Source: Basidiobolus ranarum
Taxonomy: Eukaryota
NCBI GenBank assembly: GCA_040143965.1
Contig: JASJQH010000013.1
Location: 1-54,007, forward strand
Length of the DNA stretch: 54,007 bases
Direction of reading: 5' to 3'
In this document: positions 1 through 16,207 of the stretch, one piece after another
How the letters are laid out: each line of letters opens with the position of its first letter
How positions within the stretch are numbered: the first letter of the stretch is position 1
The notes under the pieces: generated by a model
What the model was told of the DNA's origin: nothing
The model's database searches: none
The model's input: only the letters and a program-made list of their open reading frames with translations
Translations under genes and position numbers: made by a program

Positions 1-2105
<2,105 letters not shown>

Positions 2106-2479
2106 TTGGAAAATTGGTATTAAGAGAAAGTCACAAATAGGGACTATGTGCACTGTATATTATACATTATACGTAAAGTTTTTTTATTAAGGAGTGGGTG
2201 TATTCAAGCTTTGGGTGGCTGAAGATTATCCGTTATCCACTATACGTCATAATAGTCTTTGGGGTCAAAGTATAAATCATATTTAGTAACATATCAATAG
2301 GCCTATATATTAGACTTTCGGGAAGCTAATTGTATCAGGGGGAAATCATACACTAAAACTGGATGGTTGGTATGTCCAAGCTTGAAAAGTATCAGACTAG
2401 TAGCCATAATCAGATGTCAATGAAGATTTTCATTGATTACTGTGACCTATGAGCAATATTGGGTAAACTCGCTATTCTA

Positions 2480-2870
2480 CTCTTCTTTTATTAGCAAGTT
2501 ATATACTAATTTAGCCCCAATCATACTTTTAAGATAGACAGTGCTAATACTAAGGTTCTATCATCATTATTAAGTATAGGGCTAGGAGATGCAATCCAAG
2601 AGGAAGCCAATAACTACATTCTCAATGGGTGTATTATCATTGAATGTAGCTAGTATAATTAAAAGTAGCAAATGAAAGTTGGGAAGTAAACAGTGAGGAA
2701 TGATATAGAGTATTAAGGAGTGATATAGACTATTATTAATAATTGCTCAATAGGGTGCTTGGATATTTGGTAGCAGTATTTCTAAAGGAAGTAATATGTA
2801 ATGCTAACAAAAGTTATCAACAGTGAACAAGATCATAATTCCAAAAAGAAAATTCAAGAGGACTAGGGTA
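2480..2870. mobile_element. Possible highly decayed repeat/retroelement remnant
   Basis: About 390 bp, AT-rich, no CpG by eye. Stop-interrupted fragments (FSPNHT, NTKVL, NYILNGCII) faintly resemble the end of a non-LTR RT. Confidence 0.22.
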
Positions 2871-3193
2871 ACAATCGAAGAGCTGTAAAAAAAAGTAGCA
2901 ATACAGGGAATTTAGGCTATACATACGAATATATTGACTGAGATAATTAAAGCAGTGGAGATTAGAGGAATAATAGACTAGACAATATGCAACGTGATGC
3001 AACGTAATGCCATGCAACGGGAGAAGCAGTACCAAATCTATGTAAAGTTCAAACATCTATATAAATACGCGCTATTTCTTTCTTATCATTCACAGCTCCA
3101 CAGAAATCCAAATATCAGGTATGTATTATGTCACTTCTTATTGAAAAACTATATTCTTACATTTATGGCTAGATTTATCAAAACTCGCCAAGA

Positions 3194-3439
3194 ATGAATC
3201 TCAAAATATCAAGCATTATTATACTATGTATTGCTTCGGTGCATGGTGCTTGTGATGTTCAGATCGAAGCACAGAGTGGTGCTGTACATATGAAGAAAAC
3301 CAGAGTTAGTTGTCAACGGGTACTAGAAGTGCTTTCTCGAGAAGATCAATTCGCTTGCCACTTGGACAAAACCAATCGAGACCAAGTTTTGTGCTCTTGT
3401 ATGACTTACCCATGTGGTTCGTTTCCTTCATCACTTTGA
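3194..3439 (+). CDS. Small secreted cysteine-rich protein (81 aa)
   Basis: Signal-peptide-like N-terminus MNLKISSIIILCIASVHGA; 6 Cys in the predicted mature part; TATA-like CTATATAAA at ~3057; probable 5'UTR intron 3119..3172. Confidence 0.75.
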   Translation: MNLKISSIIILCIASVHGACDVQIEAQSGAVHMKKTRVSCQRVLEVLSREDQFACHLDKTNRDQVLCSCMTYPCGSFPSSL

Positions 3440-3729
3440 TACCAGTATTTTCTAAGTAGAAATAATGAAGCTTTTTACAATATATTCTGTCCGCCATCAT
3501 GTATCAATTAATTAAGTTTTTAGCCAGGAAAAGGCCAATGTAGTGAGAGTCTTATATTTTGAAAGACTATTTGTGACTGTTTAATATTACCAGTAGCCAC
3601 TGTTCTATAACATAAGCATATCAACGCAAATTAGACATTTTTCTGAAGGCATGCTTAAATTAAACAGTTTATTTTAGAAGATAATACATGAAAGCAATAC
3701 TACCCTAACTACTTCAAGACTAACAAGAA

Positions 3730-4929
3730 TTAGTCAAATACTATCACAGCACGGAATCTTGGTTTTCCACTTTTCATGTCCTCATAAGCCTGCTTGGCTT
3801 GATCAATAGTATAGGTTTGTACCAATGGCTTCGTGTCAGTTAAAGCAGAGAAATTCAAAGCGTCTTCAGAATCCTATAGAATGAACTTAGCCACTGCTTC
3901 TAATTTCTCGCAAATCAAAAAAACTCACCGCTTGGGTCCCACTTGGCCATCCACGAATTTGTGATCTCTTACTAATGAGGCTAAGGGTATTGACTTTCAA
4001 AGGCTCAGGAAGCATTGAAACGATCAGCAAAGTACCATCAAAGGCCAAACCATCTAGTAACTTTGCTACATCGCCACCAGGGGCGGTAATAATTATTAAT
4101 TTTGCTCCTCCCAGCTTGTTCAGCTCCTCGACTGCATTTTGACTGGATTGATCAATATAGACATGGGCGCCTAATTCTGTTGCAAGATCTTTCTTGCTTG
4201 GTGAACTTGACAGCGCCACAGTACGGTAGCCAAACTTTTTGGCATACTGAATGGCTAGATGACCAAGCCCACCAATGCCCACTATAGCGCATACATCCCC
4301 AGGATGCATATTGTTCATGTTTCTCATGGAATTGTACATGGTAATTCCTGCACAAAGCAATGGAGCAGCTTCAGGCGAACTTAACTCCTCAGGGATTCTA
4401 CAGCAGGCACTTTGTCTAGCAACCATATATTGTGCGTATCCCCCGTTCTGTTTTACTCCAGTTATCCAGCCTTTGTCGCAGTTAATGAAAGATCCACGGC
4501 GACATGCTTCACAATTCCCACAATAACCCCCACTCCATCCCACACCAATGCGCATACCCTCTTTATAGAGTGAACAGACCTTGAGATATTAAGCTTAGTT
4601 TAACATTACTACGGTTTTCACGCTTCGAAAATCACTTACATCGTCACCCAGTTGATGGATTCTACCAACAACCTCGAGACCCGGAATCATGGGGTAGTTT
4701 AATCCAGGCATAAGATTATGCTCAAGAATACAGTCACTACCAATATCAACAAAGGCTTGTTTAGTAACATACAATAGTCTGATAAGTGCATTCCAGTGTC
4801 TTACCCATGACAAACTCCACATGCTTCAACCTTGATGAGAATCTCACCTGAGCCCCGTTCAGGAATGGGTACCTCGACGATTTCCAAGCCACTGTCTGGC
4901 TGATTAAAGATTGCACACTTCATGGACAT
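3730..4929 (-). CDS. Zinc-dependent medium-chain alcohol dehydrogenase (CAD/AdhP-like), 4 exons
   Basis: MSMKCAIFNQP...KVEACGVCHGD, PMIPGLEVVG, structural Zn motif CGNCEAC..C, PLLCAG, Rossmann GIGGLG, GWPSG, C-terminal KPRFRAVIVFD*. Three GT-AG introns restore the frame. Confidence 0.93.
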
Positions 4930-5904
4930 GTTAAGATAATGATATGAATGTAGATTATTCAGAGGGGGATGTAGATTATATACTAGAGGTTGAAGCCCAG
5001 CAGCCAGAAACAGACACTAGCATTCTCTACATATCTACGCAAATTCGGTAATAGTAACCTATCATACTCATAGATGCTATCGATATTCCATTAACTTGCG
5101 GAAAAGGCTCGGTCAAAAGCACCGAGGCACCGTAATTGTGTAAGTTTGATACGAATAATACGCGGCTCCGTTCAATGAAACTGACTCTTTGCTTGGATAG
5201 AAGCAAATGAGTTGATTCCCTATGCACAAGGCAACCTAATTGAACCTTTTAGGATGTCTCTAGTGCCTTTTAATAGTTCACCAAATCAGATAAACAATAT
5301 ATCTGGACTAAAATGAGAGTTAATCATCATACAAACACTGATATCATAAATAACCCATTTCTCACGCATTCTCGTGCACAATTGGTAAAATCAATAAGCG
5401 CTCCCTGTATTGTGATTTTTGTGATGATGTGAAAGCGAAAGAACTGCTCAGTATGATATTGATATACAAAGCTTCCAATGACCTTGAGTGAGTTTCTCTG
5501 GATAAGTCAATCCACTCGAGTTCCTGGCTTTCATCGATCCCATTTACCCGAAAATCGGTATAACAGAGATAACCCTGTTTGAGCAAATATGATAGTTGAT
5601 TGTGCAGATGACTCACACGACAAAGTCATATTAGGACACTCCTAGATGTGACTATAAGGCAAGGGTCACTTCCTAATTCAATGTCGAAAATTAATAATTC
5701 CACTCAATTAATATGGAAGTGTTTAAAATACTAGTCAAACTATCAGTCAAATTCATCGTATTTATTGATTACTAGCTCAGTGGATAAATTTACAATAGAG
5801 CGCTAAGAAGAGTCAGAGCCTTTAGAAAGACCAGCATTCTTGGATTTTTATACATTGACATTCTTCATTCTGGCTAGATTGGATGTGGTTGTGGCTAGGA
5901 CTAT

Positions 5905-6177
5905 TTACTCTGAGCCTTGACTTTGGGTAGGCTCAGAACCGTCGGGAAGTAGAAAAGAATAGTCATCGGCATAGTCTTCAAAATCATTCTCTTCATATTC
6001 ATCACCAGGTTTGTAGTCTACAGCATGATCAAGTTTTTGCTTCCACGTTCCTGTATGAGATTTATTGTGCTTTGTAACGGAAGCTGAGGCCTCTTGGGGG
6101 ACGGGTCTACCGGCGACAAGTGAGAAAGAGCCAAGGAAGCAGCAAAGAGCGAATATGATATTCGATTGTATATACAT
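5905..6177 (-). CDS. Small secreted protein with acidic Tyr/Asp-rich C-terminus (90 aa)
   Basis: ATG at 6177 gives a signal peptide MYIQSNIIFALCCFLGSFSLVAG-RP; TATATAAG ~45 nt upstream; no introns. Confidence 0.7.
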   Translation of the reverse strand: MYIQSNIIFALCCFLGSFSLVAGRPVPQEASASVTKHNKSHTGTWKQKLDHAVDYKPGDEYEENDFEDYADDYSFLLPDGSEPTQSQGSE

Positions 6178-6946
6178 GATGAGCTGTGTGAATGGATATG
6201 ATAGCAAAGCTGCACTGCTTATATAGTGGCTTCTTGGAAGGATTATTGGCTTACATGCAATGTCACACAGTCTCACTAAAGATGATAACTTATTCTAAAT
6301 TCCCACCACTCACATTTTCTTCTTTGCTTTTGGTGTTTTTTTCCGTCCTCGCCAATCACGCGCGCTTCCTGATGTGACAATGAAAATATGAGCATACTGA
6401 AAAGATACCTAAAAAGTAATATGGGACTATTACGTGAAAAAAAGGGTTCGTTTTGAAAAATGTTCTAGGAATAATAGTTCCATCTTCCTCATGGTTACAC
6501 TGCATCGTGATTCTTTTTGTTCGGGTATTCTTTCTCCATTCCATGTTTTTTGCACAACTATATACCATCTGATTATCATTCATATAGTGTTTAGAGTTAT
6601 ATTGATTTAAAAGTTTGAAATAACTTTTGGTATTGAATAAGATACTGTAAGCCAAAATTTTGTATTGTCTGAATGCGGATGATATATATGTGTTGTTCAC
6701 TAACATATTTCTTAAATTTTACAATGTGGTTGAATAATAACTTGTGGGACTGATCTGATTTTCAATTCCCGAGAGTTAGTTTACTGATTCTTACAAATAT
6801 ATCTTGACAGTAGTTATCAGATCTTTCCATATCTCCGCAGTTATCAGATCTTTGGTATTCTATTATGAGTATCTCGAATATGAGACAGGAGGGTTTTCTT
6901 TACTACAAAAGAGACCTCTCCTCATTAAGATCATCAAAAAACCATC

Positions 6947-8131
6947 ATGTCTGTCTTCTCTAACGTATCTAGTATGTCACAAATCATCAAGGCCCGTATT
7001 GGCATTGTTGGAGCCAACTATGCTGGTCTATCCGCTGCCGCTAAATTGGTATCTCTATTCGGCACCAAGGAGCACGAAGATTCGGATGTTAAAATCACTC
7101 TCTTTGACAAAAAGGATGGGTTTCTTCACTTAATTGGAATGACTCATGGTCTAGTCCATACATCATTTGCACCGAAGCTGTGGGTTAATCATGACGAGAT
7201 TTCGTGGAGTAAATCCGATCTAATTCAGTTTTGTAAAGGGAGGGTGTCTTCCATACACAAAAACCACTTAATCGTGGATGAAAAGGTTGAGAGTCCATTT
7301 GATTACTTGATCATTGCTACAGGATTTTCTCGCTCCCCTCCCATTTGGCCTACAGCGAGTTCTTGTAAGGATTATCTCCAAGAAGTTGGGGGTTGGAGTA
7401 ATTCCATCTGTAAATCCGACTCAGTGGTTGTTGTAGGCGGTGGTGCAGTTGGTACCGAGATGGCTGCCGATGTGAAGAGTGAATATCCTAGTAAAGAGGT
7501 TATACTGATTCACTCCAGAGATACATTGATTCCGGGACCTTTTACGAATGTATTCAAAGAACGGGCCCACCAAGAACTAAGGGAGCTGGGTGTCGATGTG
7601 ATCTTAGGTGAGCGAGTCATAGACGAAACTAGTACAAAAAATGGCATTAAATCTTCTGTTATCCTTACTACCAACAAGGGGAGAAAGATTGAAACCAATT
7701 TGGTGATTCATTGTACAGGAAAAGGTAAAGCAGCTTCTGATATGGTACATCTCCCACCTACTACTTCGACTCCGTTGGTCGACGATAACTGTAATCTTCG
7801 TGTTCAGGATACTTTACAACTAATTGATCCAGCATATCCCCATATCTTCGCAGTTGGGGATGTTAACGACATTCCAGTGGTAAAATTAGCAGGTGCAGCT
7901 ATTTCTCAAGGTGCTTACGCAGCAGAAAATATACACAAACTGATCATGTCTCGAAATTTAAGTACTAAGTTAAGTAAATATCAAGGCCCCAAACCCTATA
8001 TGTGTCTGGTTTTAGGCCGCCATAGACAGGTATCTCAGGATACAGATGGTGAGATTGGCGGGGCTGAATTTACTACAAAACTTAGGCACGGAAATCTGGA
8101 GATTTATAGAATAATAGGCGCTATGAACTAA
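6947..8131 (+). CDS. AIF/AMID (AIFM2/FSP1-like) FAD/NAD(P)H-dependent oxidoreductase
   Basis: Intronless 394-aa ORF with IVGANYAG (FAD), DYLIIATG, VVGGGAVGTEMAAD (NAD), LIHSR and IFAVGD motifs. Confidence 0.9.
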   Translation: MSVFSNVSSMSQIIKARIGIVGANYAGLSAAAKLVSLFGTKEHEDSDVKITLFDKKDGFLHLIGMTHGLVHTSFAPKLWVNHDEISWSKSDLIQFCKGRVSSIHKNHLIVDEKVESPFDYLIIATGFSRSPPIWPTASSCKDYLQEVGGWSNSICKSDSVVVVGGGAVGTEMAADVKSEYPSKEVILIHSRDTLIPGPFTNVFKERAHQELRELGVDVILGERVIDETSTKNGIKSSVILTTNKGRKIETNLVIHCTGKGKAASDMVHLPPTTSTPLVDDNCNLRVQDTLQLIDPAYPHIFAVGDVNDIPVVKLAGAAISQGAYAAENIHKLIMSRNLSTKLSKYQGPKPYMCLVLGRHRQVSQDTDGEIGGAEFTTKLRHGNLEIYRIIGAMN

Positions 8132-8531
8132 CTCCAACTACGCCTCGACAGATATTCCCTTCAAAATTGCTATTGATTGGGCCTATAAAATCTGGTTCTA
8201 TTTCAAATGCTGACTCTTGCAAGAGAGATATTAAAATAATAAACTTTTGAAAGCAGTAAAATTGGCCAATCCTGCATTTATGAATAAGAATATTGGCTTT
8301 GCCACTGGGAAAATCCCATCAAAACTGAACAAAATAATCTCAAGGTCAAGGTCTATGCAATTAAAAGTGAGGGGATTGGAGGGAAATATAGCTAGCAAAG
8401 CAAGTATAATAAATTGACCTATATTACAAACCAAACTTAATAATATGACTATGTATGCTTCCACACGTGGTTCTGTTCATCTATATATATGTCTTTGTGC
8501 CAGGCATTGATACCCAAATCCAGACTCTAAT

Positions 8532-8957
8532 ATGAAAGGTACTGTTGCACTCACGATCTTTGCAATTATCTCCGGTTGCGTCAGTGTTCAAGGAAAAAGC
8601 GCACTACTGAGTAAGTCTCAAGGTTTACACTTAGTCAAAATCTATACTTCATATTAATCAAGGTACTATTTAGAACTTGAAAACCGCCGTCGAGATACCG
8701 CTCAACAACTGAGCTTCCCAGAAGGTTCCTGCCAGAGTGTGAGTTTCGGACCAGCGGACAGGGCGAGTGTTACCCCCGAAAGGCCAGGACGCTTTGCCCA
8801 AGCAGTTTTGTATCCTTCGCTACTTCAGTGTAGACGTAGACAGGGCCGAATTGCTTTGATCTCCTCAGATAGAGGGGACGTTTCTATTGCTCGCCAAGGC
8901 AGACCTGTGATTGTTGGTGGGGTTAGAATTTTGGTGGATAAACCACGTATTTTCTAA
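8532..8957 (+). CDS. Small secreted Arg-rich protein (~120 aa, 2 exons)
   Basis: Signal peptide MKGTVALTIFAIISGCVSVQG; intron 8611..8673 (GTAAGT...TTAG) joins in frame to ...KLENRRRDTAQQLSFPEGSCQSVSFGPADRA...; TATA at ~8482. Confidence 0.78.
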
Positions 8958-9366
8958 ATGCTCAAGACAGTTATTAGTAGCTTGAGATGTTGAACTCAAT
9001 AAATGGTTGAAATGAGTTGATTATAGGATTTTTACATCCAAGCTCTATCATTACGTTTACCAGAGCCACATGGCATTCTATCAAAATTGATCTATGTACG
9101 TACATTGAGTGCCATGAGATTTATTGTACATCAATTGTTGCCATTCTCGAACACACAAAAATGGTCACATTTACTGAGGTGAAAGATTTGTGGATTGATG
9201 GCACCTTGTATATGAAATAAATATATAGTTCTAGCAAAATCCCATAAAAAGGAATGAAATGGCATTTTTGATGATATATATATTTGTAACTTCATGTAAT
9301 ATTCTATTCACTAAAAGAAATCCAAGAAAGGGTGCAACCGAATCAGCAAATGAATGAGTGGTGCGT

Positions 9367-11917
9367 TCAGTTCGTTTCTGGTATGATTTGGAATTCGTAT
9401 TTGGGTAGCTTGGCGATTAAACAATCAGCAACCTCTTTCAGAATAGGATCTTGTTGATTGTAAGCCGCTTCAAAAGTAAAGTTGAACTGAACATCGGAGG
9501 ATTCTTGGACAAGAGGCGTAGAGATGGCGGGAAGAGTTTCCTTTGTGGGCGTGGGTATGTTCACTCTTTCAGCAGAGGATTTTCCTAGCTTCAAGTTTGG
9601 GGCTTTAACACTGGAGATACCAGAATTCAAAAGAGATGTAGCGGCTGATGCGTCGAATTTGGTACTAGGTTTAGCCTCGTTTCCGAATTTGAAAACTGGA
9701 AGCTCCGACTGTGGAATCTTTGAGATCTCTTGCATAATAACATCAGATAGATCGAAAGAAGGAGATAAACTGAAATTAAAAGTGGGCTCTACTGAATGAG
9801 CTGATACATCAGCATTGTGAGATTCCTGTATCATGTTGATGGATTAGTAAGCTTTAGTATGGAGATTGGAACCATGAGATCATGCTTACCAATTGTACGG
9901 TTTGAGTTTTGGTTGCTGAGGTTTGCTCAGTGTTGCTTTTCGAATTGTCAATTGACGCTTCTACAGACCGGAAAGCACTTTCAAGTTTCTTGGCCGTAGT
10001 TTTGGTCTCCACAGGTTGAATGGTCTTCACCGACTGAGAAGAGCTGATTTCACCAGCAATTGTAGATGCGGTCTTAGTAGAAGGGACAACAATTGTAGAG
10101 CTAGAATGATAAATACTGTTGAGATATGTTTCTTGCGCAAGTCAAGTTATTTAAAATAACATATTTACCTGATAGACGCAACAGGAGGTGCCTCCTCTCT
10201 TAACTCCTAATGAAACATAAAAGTTGTTTACGTTAATATTGCACTTTGTCTGAGATTTATAACCTATAACTTATTACCTTCGGCATGGACTTTTCCAAAA
10301 GCTCCATAGGTGTTAGCTTTTTATTCGCCATTTTAGCTGAGGTCGTAATTGTTTTAGCAACAATCTCCGGCTAAATAAAAAAAATAAGCAACTTCATTAT
10401 TTAGAGAGGAGCTTTTCGAATTTGCGCATTACTTTAGCTTTAGGTTCAGTTCTTCTACGTGAGATGGGACTAGCCAACTCGTATGGGTTAAGAATATCTT
10501 GTGCTGCAGGCTAAGCATTCTTTTGTTAATAAACGATCTTGTATTATTATGTCGAATAAAACTCTATTTACCACAGCAGGATGTGGATCCATTTCACCAA
10601 TGATATCCATGATTCTACGAGCAGTGGCACTACTTTTCTGAGCTTTGTTGTCTAGGAATAATGAAGATAGATTTAACATGGAATCTAGAACTAAAGGATG
10701 AACTATATTAGAAAAACTCACCTTCTGATCCTAAATCTTTTCTTGGAGTTTGAGCCTGAACGGCAGAGCGAGTTAGGGTAGAGGTACGTAATGATTGTGT
10801 TGTATTCTCCCTGGTAGTGGATTGCAAGCCACTGGATCCCTTTTGAGAGGTATAACTTTCAACTCTAGCACGCTTGGTTGAGGGTGGGCTGCTATAAACA
10901 GGTGGCTTGATGATTTTTCTGTAAGGAGTGCAATGTCTACCGAATCCTGGACCAAAATAAAGTGGTGCCTTCTTCTTTCTATTAGAAAATAAGGCGGTTC
11001 TAGGAACGGTTGACGTAATCTTGGTAACTTGAGTAGATGGAACAAAGGGACGCTTCAAGGTAGGTTTACCCTCATCAATTGACTTGAAGTTATCTAATTG
11101 AAGAAAATAATTTTAGTCATTGTAAGCAACTAAAAGTTTTACTAATTTCTATGCTTACCAAAACTCTCTTCCTCCTCTTGAATTTCGTTTTTCAATAAAG
11201 CAACACAACCTTCAAGTTCCTCTGCCTCCATTTGAGCACTACCTTTGGCATGAAGGAATTTGGAAACAGTTTCCGAGGGAGACATAGCGCCATTGAAGTT
11301 TGAATGTCTGAAATTAGGGGATTTCATATCCAATGCACGAGGAGTTTGAAAAGTCTCGTAAGTAGATTTAGTCAGGCTCTCAACTTTCATAGGTTCTGCG
11401 AACGTTTCTTCGTCATCACCAGTTGTAACCCAAGAAGAAGTTTGTGTGAATATATTGGAGTTCAAAACCGGGGCAGGTGCAACAGCAGCCACTTGCTCCA
11501 AAAATTCAACATTCTCCTCGTTATCTTTATCCTGCTCTACAATAATTCGAGTACTGCGTTCTCGTTGACGTCTAGACCGGCGAGATTTCTGCTCTTCTTC
11601 TGAGTTTTTATATACGCGTTCACGTTCTTTACGAATATGTTGGGGTACTGTTTCCTCTCGAGAAGTGGTAGGTTCATCGTATAAAAAGATTCTAGGAACT
11701 AAGAAAGAAAGTAATGAAGTCGTTCTAGAAGTGGGCTGTTTTTAACAACAATAAAAAAAACACGGAATGTCTGGTTGAGTTACTGAAAAATAAATAGATC
11801 TTGAGTTAAAAAAGTGTTTCGTACTTGAGCTTCAGGTCTAGTATATGGCGTATCGTTACGACGACGATCTCTCGGGTTGCCGGAAAATAAACCACGGATT
11901 TTTCTTAGAGAGTCCAT
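9367..11917 (-). CDS. Nuclear basket nucleoporin, Nup60/Nup124/Nup153-N-like (multi-exon)
   Basis: N-terminal RRRNDTPYTRP; helical motif VSKFLHAKGSAQMEAEELEGCVALLK (Nup60-like); LYFGPGFG; SSATARRIMDII; LNPYE; C-terminal FNFS/FKFG/FNFTF and LPKYEF. Exons linked by GT-AG introns. Confidence 0.7.
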
Positions 11918-12389
11918 CGCAATATTTGCGGTAAGAATTTGCTACAAGGAAGTTAGGGAGGGTGAAAAAGTTAGTGGTGATAGAGAAGGCTGGCGTTTCC
12001 TATACTAAATATACATTATTCAAACTGAACTATAAATTTCAATGTTTATTTTACTTTGCGTTTTCTTGATTTGTATTTCATAGCAGAGCGAAAAAAATCT
12101 AGAAATTGGAGTAAATTTAAGCATTATTTAACCAATTTTTTGCATACAAAATATCAGAGCTAATCCAGTATAATTAGGTTTCTGGCTAAATAGATTTAAT
12201 TTGAATAGGATACAGGAAGTAAGGGTTAAGATTACTTTATTTAGATATAATGAGAGCAATATGTTTAGAATTTGAGAGAATGTTTGCATAATTCGTTAAC
12301 TATCTGTGGGAATTTATCTACAGTTACAGATAGTAAACAGGCAAAAGAATGCGGAAGAAAGGAGGCAAGAAACTACTCTTAGTTGAGTA

Positions 12390-14098
<1,709 letters not shown>

Positions 14099-14371
14099 GG
14101 CTAATTCGGATTGTGATGTGATAATGAGTGTGAATGAGAATTCGAACTTCGAAAGCTGTCTTTTTATATTGATGCTTACGCACATTCATGGCCCTTTGTT
14201 CTGATTCATGCAGTAACGTCATTCCATTCCTTTGAAAGTCGGAGATTGAATTCATCACAAAGCCTGTTCTGGGTTAGATTGATTTCATAATGAATGTGAC
14301 GTCAGAAGCGAAAAGATAAAGCAAACTTGAATGATTCTAAATCTAGCATTGCACAAGATGCTTGGGTCGAT

Positions 14372-14416
14372 TTCATCATCCTACTATTCATCATCCTACT
14401 ATTCATCATCCTACTA
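14372..14416 (+). repeat. Tandem repeat (TTCATCATCCTACTA)x3
   Basis: Three perfect 15-bp copies read directly. Confidence 0.9.
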
Positions 14417-15084
14417 TAGAGACTCTGGTGTGGATTTAGGGTTGGAAACAACAATTATTAGGAAACAACAATTAGATAGACTTCACCCATTTTATTACTG
14501 CACTTTGTTATCTATCTAAATTATCGCTCTTTAATCATGTGCTGACATTCGTATCTTCGGTAGATGATAACGGATGCAAATGCATGATTAGTAGAGAAAT
14601 TGACAAAACACAGCACAGTTTATACAAAATTTAGATTGTATATCAATTGCTTTGGTTAGGTCCAGATGTCCGTTGAAGTTTCTATGGAAAGAAGCGAGTT
14701 GATGTATGCAATGATAGAAATGTATCTGATCTTAAATCAAACAGCAATCATCGTTAACAATGTAGCATGTTGTTTGATCCTCGATTGATTGGATTCCTCT
14801 GTCTGTATCACATTTATATAGCCTTCTCCTATTTTGCACTCCCACATAAAAATGCGACACATCAGTTCAGATGCTCTTCATTCCCCTTCTATTTGACAGC
14901 ATAGTGAACTGCACATTAAACCATAAAAGCCAGAGAAATCAAGTTACTATTATTTCATTTTAACTTTGCCCCTAATTTCACAACTCTGAATTTCTGATTT
15001 AATCCTTCTAACGTCTTTAATTGCTCAAAGATGCATTGATAGCTTTTAGATTTTCTTGGAAAAGACCTATTTTCTCATTCGTTA

Positions 15085-16030
15085 ATGTCCCATTCACAAG
15101 TGTAAGTCAATGGAATGTTGCCTATCTTTGCTACCTGTAAGGTTAACATTCATCTATAATTGTAGAACAGCAGAGGCCCCCATAGGTGTGAGGACCACTG
15201 AGAGGATACACCAGATTGTTTATTCCAAATTTTACATCATTTTGTATGTGGTCATGATAATACTTTCGGTGAGCTCTTTTGTGTTGGTAAGTGGTATTTA
15301 CAAGTGCGTGATAGCGAAGTGAAACTAACTTTAGTTCAAACCGTTCATATTTAGTCTGTGATATCTGAGTGGTAATAGACATATTGTGTGTAATACTGTA
15401 ATTCTTATCAACTCGTTTATCGATGGTTATTTAAAGTCCAGGGCTAGCGTATGAAATCCTAGAAATCATTGTAAATGTCGCCATGATTTCCGAAGTAGTG
15501 ATTCTAATGATCGCCTATGGAAGGGTAACATCCGTCCAACTAATATAAAGTCTTCACCTTTCCACATATCTGACAAGCGATTTTTCCTTTCAATAGAAGT
15601 TCTGGAGGTCTCCCATGAATGTATTCGATTTGGTTTTGCTCAGCTTATGTATTGCCGCTTTAGTACTGGTATTCTTGGACTGCTCTTATACAAAAGAGAG
15701 AGGGGAAGTGGCGGGCACAATATTCATGGCCTTAAGGAATGTATTGCAGATATCCAGATTGTTAAATAATTTACGCAAGTAAGTTTCTGCTTAATCATTG
15801 CTCTCATGAATTTTTAGCCAACTTTCTTGTTATAACACTCAAGGCAACGTGTATATCTGAAGCAGAGGCAAGACAAAATTGTTATTGAGGAGAAGAGCTC
15901 CATGAAAAGCGAAGAAGGGAATCTAGACACCGTACATACACAATCACACGGTTATATTTTAGAAGAAGGCTCAGAAGTTGAGTATACAGTACCGTCCAAA
16001 GTTCCGCATGGTATCCAATTGGGCAATTAA
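15085..16030 (+). CDS. Voltage-sensor-domain-like (Ion_trans S1-S4 only) membrane protein, ~6 exons
   Basis: Spliced by eye: ...YSKFYIILYVVMIILSVSSFVLSVISECPGLAYEILEIIVNVAMISEVVILMIAYGRKFWRSPMNVFDLVLLSLC...TIFMALRNVLQISRLLNNLRKQR... It has an S2 Glu, an S3 'FW.S..N.FD' motif and an S4-like Arg segment, but no pore region. Confidence 0.68.
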
Positions 16031-16207
16031 TTGGTTTTTCTTATTTCATTATGTATCATAGTCCGAACCCTCTCCTAATTCAAGCATTGAATACTGCATA
16101 CTTCCTAATCTCTGTACTGAAACCAATGAATTAAACATTCGAATCAACATACACACTCTAAAGAAGAATATTTCCACCAAATCTATTTTGTTTCTATTCG
16201 GTGTTGT

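Noticed and set aside
5362-5616. 84-aa minus ORF, and a plus-strand GKINKRSL resembling the adenylation A10 motif
   Set aside because: GTG start, stops close by in the plus frame and no other supporting motif; likely chance.
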